A stretch of 6,885 bases of DNA from Octopus sinensis. Its lineage: Eukaryota. Numbering within the stretch: position 1 is the first letter of the stretch; each line of letters opens with the position of its first letter. The translations under genes were made by a program, and so were the position numbers. The stretch lies in the NCBI RefSeq assembly GCF_006345805.1, contig NW_021829121.1:1-6885 (forward strand), given 5' to 3'. This document shows, one piece after another, positions 1 through 5,970 of this stretch. The notes beneath the pieces were generated by a model, which worked only from the letters and a program-made list of their open reading frames with translations, made no database searches and had not been told where the DNA came from.

Positions 1-88
1 TGAGATGTGCGAGTGTATATGTTTGTGTGTTCACGCTGAAATTTCACTTGTTCCCACATGTTCCAGTGTGGTGTTAATTCAGTGTAAA

Positions 89-195
89 TGGATGTTGTAC
101 GTATGTGTGTGTGTTGGTGTATGTGCATTTGTGTGTGTATATGTGTATGTATGTGAGTATGTGTGCGTGTGTATGTGTTTGTGTGCATGGTTATA
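89..195. repeat. Degenerate (TG)n/(TATG)n low-complexity tract
   Basis: Interrupted TG/TATG runs seen directly; they explain the V/C/Y-rich ORF 5..208. Confidence 0.85.
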
Positions 196-342
196 TGCGC
201 AGGAGTAAGAGGGCGATGACCAAATCCACTGTCTCCATATTTATTTTTTGAGTGTCTTTGTGGGTATAAATGAGTCTATATTTTAGTTTCTGATTATGTG
301 TGAGGGTATATGCAAAAGTGTCTTAGTCAGTCTATGTCTGCG

Positions 343-345
<3 letters not shown>

Positions 346-377
<32 letters not shown>
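346..377. repeat. (GT)16 microsatellite
   Basis: Perfect GT dinucleotide run. Confidence 0.97.
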
Positions 378-379
<2 letters not shown>

Positions 380-468
380 CGCGTTTCTGTGCCCACGCGT
401 GCTTGTGCGTGCGTTTGTGTGTTAAATTGACTGACCTGTGTGCATGTGTGTTTATATACGTATATGAA

Positions 469-541
<73 letters not shown>

Positions 542-563
542 CTATATCTATCTAATCTATCTA

Positions 564-618
<55 letters not shown>

Positions 619-633
619 CATATATATATACAC

Positions 634-700
<67 letters not shown>

Positions 701-755
701 ATGCATGCATGTATGTATGTATCTATGTATGTATACACATACACTCACACACATA
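469..755. repeat. Compound microsatellite: (TATC)18, (CT)n, (TA)n, (CA)n, (TA)n, (TATG)n
   Basis: (TATC)18 at 469-540, then CT (~565-588), TA (~588-629), CA (~630-667), TA (~668-701) and a degenerate TATG/CA tail. Confidence 0.97.
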
Positions 756-1357
756 AAAGAACGAATGCTTTGAACAGAAAGACACAAGCAAATCTATTTG
801 TGTGCAATCTATGTGTAGGCAAATGTATACACCCACACATGTGCGCGCACGCACACACACAAACATATGTATAGCCATGGGTGTGTGTTTACGTATGTGG
901 GTGTATGCAAATAAATAATTCATAGATATTTATATTTGCATAACTGCATGCACGCGCGTGTCAGTATAGATATGTGTGAACACTTGTTATGCATTTATGC
1001 ATGTTAGTTCTTTTATGAGAATTTATATATGCATCAATTGAAATGCATGTAAATGCATGGAAATTTATTGCTGTGATTTAGAAATGTATATATTCCTATT
1101 CTTATCAGTTGATGTATAATTTGATAAAGTAAATTGATTGATATGCAAACTCACATACACGTACCTGAACATGTACACACTTATAGGTTAGCTGTTTATT
1201 GACACAGATGTATATATATATATATACACACGCCGATTAAACATACATGCAGATAGAATCATGTACTTATGTTTTGCTATACATGTGTTTTTTTGTATTT
1301 TGCAAACCGGCGAATAAGTAAGAATGCACAAGTTAAGTTATACTTCACTCGCGGAAT

Positions 1358-1479
1358 ACACACACACACACACACACACACACATACTCGGGCACACAAA
1401 GACATACTTACACACACATACATACACACACACACACACAAACACACACACTCGGGCACACAAAGACATACATACACAC

Positions 1480-1515
<36 letters not shown>

Positions 1516-1615
1516 TCGGGCACACAAAGACATACATACACACATACTCGAGCACACAAAGACATACATATACACACATACACACATACACACACACACA
1601 CACACAACACACTCA
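1358..1615. repeat. Minisatellite: four copies of 22-bp ACTCGRGCACACAAAGACATAC embedded in (CA)n/(CATA)n
   Basis: Copies at 1386-1407, 1450-1471, 1514-1535 and 1546-1567 (the last has one G>A change). Start-to-start spacing is 64, 64 and 32 bp. Confidence 0.92.
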
Positions 1616-2401
1616 CACGCATACACGGTACATAGCTTTTGCCATGCGATGTGGTGTGTGCTTCTATAAGTATGTATATGTCTGAGTGCGTGTGTATCTG
1701 TGTTTTGTCGAGAACTTTAATAATATTCTGTGAATGTTTTTTGAGTTACCAGATCTGAATTCATTTTTATTGTAGTATAAAACTGCGTTAGAACTGCCCA
1801 AGTGTTAATGATTTACATATTTACCACTTTATTCATTAGCCTAAAGCTTAGCTTACTTGCGGAGACCTATTTTCAAAGGCACTACAACAGTAACGACATA
1901 GATACTGTATTACTATATTGAAAGTACCCTTCATGTTTCAAGATAATACAGCATGGTTTAGAAGCGATTTGGTTGCTATTACTAGCTTATCGAGCGAACG
2001 AGCAACAGTTCCATAGTGATTTTTTTCTCATTCCGATTCAAGTATAAGTATTAAAACGAAACAAACGGTAGATGCTGCTATGAAGGCATTCGACCAGCTG
2101 TATATAGCAGAAAAAACTATCTTTGATCGAAAACCTAAAGCTTTAAAAAAAGAGAGCGTCGTGTCCTATATTTGCAATTCTAATTTCTAAATAAATTTAT
2201 ATCTTTTATATTTCACCTTAAACTTATTTCAGTCATTGGACAACTCCTTGAATAGTCTTGGTCGAAGAAACCGAATATACCCAACAGTTATTCGTCATAA
2301 GATGGTTAACTTTGAAAGTATATGAGTAATATCAAGAAATAAGGCATAGGTATTATAATTATAACATATAGCTCATCAAATTTCTAGTCGGTTATACAAA
2401 A

Positions 2402-2777
2402 CTAGCACTAAGACCCGGCAACACCGGGTCATAGTGCTAGTGCATGCATATACAGCTGCGTGCGTGCGTGCGCACATACACGCGAGTACTGTCCAAATCT
2501 CCGACCAATCACATACAGCTAGCTGGCATTCCATTGGTGTATCTAGTTTCGGGCATTTTGATTGGGTCTTGGATAGAAAATTCACAAAAAGTCACTTCTA
2601 TTGATTTTTTAGTGGCTTTACAGGGTGACTGGGGAAATGTAAAGATGTGCACGATCACCCTTGGCCGGTTTTCAATGACCATAGAAAGTGCGAGCCCTCT
2701 AACTGAAAATTGTGGATTTGTATAAAGGATACACACACACACACACACAGACAGTTTGCCGTTTATATATAGAGAGA
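2402..2777 (-). mobile_element. Non-autonomous Helitron (376 bp)
   Basis: On the minus strand the element starts TC (TCTCTCTATATATAAACGGCAAACTGTCTG then (TG)n) and ends with the GC-rich hairpin GACCCGG-TGTTG-CCGGGTC, 6 nt, then CTAG. It sits between a host A (2778) and T (2401) with no TSD. These are the established Helitron hallmarks. No Rep/Hel ORF is present. Confidence 0.82.
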
Positions 2778-3160
2778 TGAGGAAATGAGTATTAATTTTC
2801 CTACAAAAAAGATTTATTACTTTATCATTTACTTTCTTCTCCTCCTCTGTCTCAAAGTTCTTTCTCACTACTTGATTATGTAAAATTCCTTTACTCATTA
2901 CCTGCCACTAAGTGCACTCATCCTTCATCTCTTATGTTAACTCTGTATCTTTCTGTGTCTCTCTGTATCACATACCCGCAATCGAGTGCAAGCACAAACA
3001 CATGCGTCCCAATTCTTATATTCGCCAGTTTATCATTCTCGGGAGGACTGAGACAACGTTTACCTTGGTTCATGGCTGTAGAGGCATGTAAAATAATTAA
3101 CAAAAGCATAGTAGAAGTATCCAGGGCATGCTTGTGCATAACGGCTAAGCTCAGCAACAA

Positions 3161-3205
3161 CTGAGGAGGTGATTTGTCACCGAAACATCGTGTAGACGCG
3201 GTGTC
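3161..3205 (+). ncRNA. Hammerhead-like motif, probably degenerate (core, stem II and stem III present; stem I not formed)
   Basis: CTGAGGA (3161-3167), stem II GGTGA-TTTG-TCACC, GAAA (3182-3185), 8-bp stem III ACATCGTG/CGCGGTGT with two G.U pairs and loop TAGA, then a GUC triplet ending at 3205. The downstream TCCAAAA does not pair with the upstream GCAACAA beyond 1 bp. Confidence 0.5.
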
Positions 3206-3354
3206 TCCAAAATTTATTAATGCGATATGGTCCGAGTGTTTAACTTACATAGTTTAACATGTAAGCAAATATTGTTATTCAAATTATCATAATAATATAG
3301 AGTTCTTTCAAATATCAATAATTTTTCATTCATTTGGTATGTACTTTTACTTAG

Positions 3355-3527
3355 ATATGTGTGGATTTGTCTATTTATGTCTTTCTATATGTGTCTGTTT
3401 GCTTCGTATATGTGTGTGGGTATGCTCTTTATATGCGTATATATATATATGCGTGTGTGTGTGTGGTATATTTGCGTGCATGTATGTGTTTGTGCAAGTA
3501 TGTATGAGTGTATAATGTGTGTTTGTG
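3355..3527. repeat. Degenerate (TG)n/(TA)n low-complexity tract
   Basis: Interrupted TG, TATG and TA runs; they explain ORF 3359..3577. Confidence 0.8.
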
Positions 3528-3828
3528 AAGTGTTATTTCCATCAATACTTTGGTTTTATCTCTCCAGCAAGCCCTGATTGTTCATTATCTATAAATTGAA
3601 AGTCATGCATAGTTAACCACTTTCTAACTTGTTTGAAACTAGGTCGAAGTACAACATCGTTGAGAACGAGTTTGTAAATGTTCTGATAAACGCTTCTCTG
3701 CCTATGTTTGTATTTCACCACACAAAGTTACACAGCAGCACACGTTCGTCGTGTGTGTGTGTGCGCGCGAATTTTTGTATCCGTGTATATTAGACGTAGA
3801 CTTAGCAGTGACTACTCAATCGCTCGAA

Positions 3829-3877
3829 TGTATACACACACACGAACGCGCGCACACACACACACACCACACACACA
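3829..3877. repeat. (CA)n/(CG)n alternating tract
   Basis: TATACACACACACGAACGCGCGCACACACACACAC seen directly. Confidence 0.85.
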
Positions 3878-3939
3878 TATCAGCCAAAGCATAAATAATG
3901 GTCATTATATATAACTGTGTTGTAGTAAATTTGACTTAC

Positions 3940-4040
3940 AGTTGAATCGTTATTGATTGGTTTTCCTTAATCGGTCGATTGATCGGTTGAGAAAGATTGA
4001 ACAACCCAAAGAATTAATGCTGCTTTCGTCAGAGCCATTT
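3940..4040 (-). other. Candidate 101-bp exon (non-coding or pseudo-exon)
   Basis: On the minus strand a long pyrimidine tract ends TTCTGCTTGCTTATAACCAG| (acceptor) and the segment ends ACT|GTAAGT (consensus donor). All three frames contain a stop. There is no transcript evidence. Confidence 0.3.
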
Positions 4041-4059
4041 CTGGTTATAAGCAAGCAGA

Positions 4060-4241
4060 ACAGAAGAAAGAATAACACAGGCCGGGGAAGGAGCACGAAG
4101 AGAGGCAATAAGTATAAGCTTAAGGTGAGTGGAAGAGAGATAAAGAAGAAAGGAATAGAACAGGGATGATTTGGAAAAGGAAGACTAAAGGAAAAAGGAA
4201 AGGAAGGAAGAGGGGAAGGAATAAGAAGAATAGAGGAGTAG
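4060..4241. repeat. Purine-rich (GA) low-complexity tract
   Basis: Strongly A/G-biased on the plus strand, with GGAA/GAAG repeats at 4170-4241. Confidence 0.8.
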
Positions 4242-4281
4242 CGAAATGTACATATTATAACACTGTAACGTATTATGTAAC

Positions 4282-4379
4282 CTGATGAGGTTTCCTCTGC
4301 ACTGCGGGGCGCATTCGATTCCATTATATCGTTTCCCACTCATTAAGGAGCAGAGCAGATGTAAGCCGAATCGGTTGTC
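4282..4379 (+). ncRNA. Degenerate hammerhead-like motif with a long stem II
   Basis: CTGATGA (4282-4288). Stem II: GGTTT/AAGCC (4289-4293/4363-4367) plus TCTGCACTGC/GCAGAGCAGA (4296-4305/4350-4359, 9 of 10 paired). Then GAAT instead of GAAA, near-palindromic AATCGGTT, and GTC. Stem I is weak. Confidence 0.4.
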
Positions 4380-4452
4380 GTACTAAATGAAGCGCACAGC
4401 ACACTCTGTCTTCCCTATGAATTATTCAAAATATGTCTGTATGTGTGAGTGT

Positions 4453-4465
4453 ATACATACATACA

Positions 4466-4496
<31 letters not shown>

Positions 4497-4540
4497 CATA
4501 CCATATAATATATATATATATATATATATAAAATATATAT
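4453..4540. repeat. (ATAC)10 plus (TA)n microsatellites
   Basis: ATAC x10 at 4453-4492 and a TA run at ~4504-4540. Confidence 0.95.
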
Positions 4541-4656
4541 CAGCCGAAATTGCGAGGATGATCCAGTTCTTGACTGAAGATTAAAGGCTTCGAATGACCC
4601 GTCCGTGTTTTTTGTATCGTCTATTTGGATGTTTTGCGTTTTTGTCCCATTTTGTT

Positions 4657-4715
4657 TATATATATATATATATATACACACATGTATATACATATATATA
4701 TATACACACATATAT
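4657..4715. repeat. (TA)n/(CA)n microsatellite
   Basis: Seen directly. Confidence 0.92.
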
Positions 4716-4799
4716 ATTGTATAGAGGGCATTATTACACATAAATGCCGCACGCTAGGAGGGACTCTTAAAGTCATAACTACCAAATATAAACAAATCG

Positions 4800-5043
4800 T
4801 ACCGAATGCAATTCTCGAAGCGAGTCATTTAAAAACAGAATTTAGCTCCATATCACCTGTGATTTCGCAATTAACGCATTATCCGCGTCCCTTGCTCCTC
4901 AGTGAAGCGAATCCAAGATATATCATGAATAAACAAAAACATCATACCAGATCGACAACCATCGCCTCCATCGTAGCATATGGAAATGTTTACCCCTCAT
5001 ACACCTATGTAACTGGCGGGCTCTTTCGAATTGCATTTCGGTA
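4800..5043. mobile_element. Inverted-repeat-bounded ~244-bp unit containing the hammerhead (MITE-like or retrozyme-like; class unresolved)
   Basis: TACCGAATGCAATTC (4800-4814) pairs with GAATTGCATTTCGGTA (5028-5043): 15 Watson-Crick pairs and one bulged T. The outermost bases are TA on both sides. AACAAAT is also directly repeated at 4791-4797 and 5061-5067. Confidence 0.45.
4838..4914 (-). ncRNA. Type I hammerhead ribozyme (complete core and stems I, II, III); predicted cleavage between 4851 and 4850
   Basis: Minus strand reads GGAUU C GCUUCA CUGAGGA GCAA GG GACGC GGAUAAU GCGUU AA UUGC GAAA UCAC AG GUGA UA / UGGAGC UA AAUUC. All conserved core bases are present (CUGANGA, G10.1-C11.1, GAAA, UH = AUA). 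Stem I is 6 bp plus 5 bp across an internal loop, stem II is 4 bp plus 5 bp, and stem III is A-U plus UCAC/GUGA. Confidence 0.85.
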
Positions 5044-5065
5044 ACAACGTGCTTCTTCGGAACAA

Positions 5066-5279
5066 ATTTAAAAAATAGGATAAAATCTTTATAAGAAATC
5101 TTAACAAGAAATTATCAAATAGTTAGCATGAAAAACCTCATAAGAGAAAAAAACTGTTTAAATAAATATTTTCAAAGAAAAAAATTTACAGTTTTTTTCT
5201 CTTATGAGGTTTTTCACGCTAACTACTTGATAATTTCTTGTTAAGATTTCTTATTAAGATTTTATCCTATTTTTTAAAT
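5066..5279. repeat. Foldback inverted repeat: 92-bp arms (89 of 92 complementary), 30-bp AT-rich spacer; possible MITE
   Basis: Left arm 5066-5157 and right arm 5188-5279. Mismatches are T5090/T5255, A5119/C5226 and A5128/C5217. Confidence 0.93.
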
Positions 5280-5336
5280 ATATACACATATATGTATATG
5301 CACACACGCGCGCGCGCACACACACATGTATATATA
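5280..5336. repeat. Alternating purine-pyrimidine tract with a (CG)5 core
   Basis: ATATACACATATATGTATATGCACACACGCGCGCGCGCACACACACATGTATATATA seen directly. Confidence 0.9.
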
Positions 5337-5487
5337 TTCCGTACGGTTACTGTCAGGATAATATATCCATCCATACACTAGATTTTGTGTACTTGGGTGA
5401 TAGAGGAAGAAGCCGTACAATACGGCTTTGCAGGATCCCCAAATTCTGCTAGATAGATGATGTTCCCTTTAAATCATTCATTGCAAG

Positions 5488-5616
5488 CTACTAAATCCAC
5501 TCACAAGTATTTGGTCGGCTCGTGGCTTTAGTAGAGTAGAATTGGCGAAATTGGCCACGCAATTGAAACCATGTGGTTGAGAGGCAAACTTCTTACCACA
5601 CAACCACGCCTGCACC
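5488..5616 (-). mobile_element. 5' part of a tRNA-derived SINE (octopus-type), diverged and 3'-truncated
   Basis: Minus strand reads GGTGCAGGCGTGGTTGTGTGGTAAGAAGTTTGCCTCTCAACCACATGGTTTCAATTGCGTGGCC...AGCCGACCAAATACTTGTGAGTGGATTTAGTAG. An A-box-like TGGTTGTGTGG is at 5596-5606 and the B-box region looks partly deleted. Family resemblance to octopus tRNA-SINEs is from memory, not a search. Confidence 0.75.
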
Positions 5617-5759
5617 CATCGATATCGTCCTGATAACATTTATCGATATCTCGGGATCGATCACATTCAAGCAACGAATTCAGATTAGATGCAGCGGACA
5701 CTAAATTCTGATCAGGTCGAAGTTCGTGCGAAGAAAATGTAGACAATATAACAAATAAA

Positions 5760-5970
5760 GGCGTCGAGCTGGCAGAACCGTTAGCACGCCAGGCGAAATG
5801 CTTAGAGGTATTTCGTCTGCTGTTACGTTGCGAGTTCAAGTTCCGTCGAGGTCGACTTTGCCTTTCATCCTTTCGGGGTCGATAAATTAAGTACCAGTTA
5901 CGCACCGGGGTCAATGTCTGTCCTTGTTTGTCCCCTCTGTGTTTAGCCCCTTATGGGCAATAAAGAAATA
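5760..5970 (+). mobile_element. tRNA-derived SINE with a Deu/Nin-like central domain, A-rich tail and 14-bp TSD
   Basis: A-box-like TGGCAGAACCG (5770-5780), B-box-like GAGTTCAAGTTCC (5832-5844), the motif GCCTTTCATCCTTTCGGGGTCGATAAATTAAGTACCAG (5860-5897) resembling the Deu/Nin SINE domain, and a CAATAAAGAAATA tail. Flanked by AATATAACAAATAA (5745-5758) and AATATGACAAATAA (5971-5984), 13 of 14 identical. Confidence 0.88.

Noticed and set aside
1386-1567. CRISPR-like repeat-spacer appearance
   Set aside because: The spacers are CA/CATA microsatellite rather than unique sequence, there are no cas genes, and the context is eukaryotic.
5-1685. ORFs rich in V/C/Y/I/H/T, and similar ORFs at 3359-3577, 4387-4741 and 6523-6761
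   Set aside because: They are translations of microsatellites, which lack stop codons in several frames.
1955-2005. GATTTGGTTGCTATTACTAGC...GAGCGA, reminiscent of an octopus interspersed-repeat fragment
   Set aside because: The resemblance is from memory only, and the segment is too short and diverged to call without RepeatMasker.
2020-2190. Short open frame (..TKQTVDAAMKAFDQLYIAEKTIFDRKPK..)
   Set aside because: Under 60 codons, with no convincing splice-site pair or recognised domain.
2509-2898. 129-aa minus-strand ORF overlapping the Helitron as a Rep/Hel fragment
   Set aside because: It crosses the element boundary and a TG repeat, and shows no HUH or helicase motifs.
2976-3047. 72-bp minus-strand exon candidate (PPENDKLANIRIGTHVFVLALDC) with a GTATGT donor
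   Set aside because: The acceptor is weak, there is no recognisable homology, and no compatible neighbouring exon was found.
4026-4032. CTGACGA on the minus strand
   Set aside because: No correctly placed stem II plus GAAA follows; consistent with a chance heptamer.
3942-4124. Plus-strand exon (TTACAG| ... AAG|GTGAGT) and ORF 3957..4169
   Set aside because: All three frames have stops near the acceptor, the polypyrimidine tract is weak, and the K/R-rich product reflects the purine tract. A non-coding exon cannot be excluded.
4574-4603. CTGAAGA...CGAAT...GTC as a fourth hammerhead
   Set aside because: No stem II closes in register, GAAA is absent and stem I does not form. It may be a decayed repeat end, but this cannot be supported.
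4625-5044. 139-aa plus-strand ORF
   Set aside because: It begins in a TA microsatellite, has no recognisable domain, and is antisense to the hammerhead unit, which explains the sequence better.
3641-5723. AGGTCGAAGT repeated at 3641-3650 and 5714-5723
   Set aside because: A single 10-bp match between two sites is expected by chance in a window this size, and the flanks are unrelated.
5760-5850. Functional tRNA gene
   Set aside because: A- and B-box-like motifs are present, but no cloverleaf forms and the sequence continues into a SINE body with a tail and TSD.
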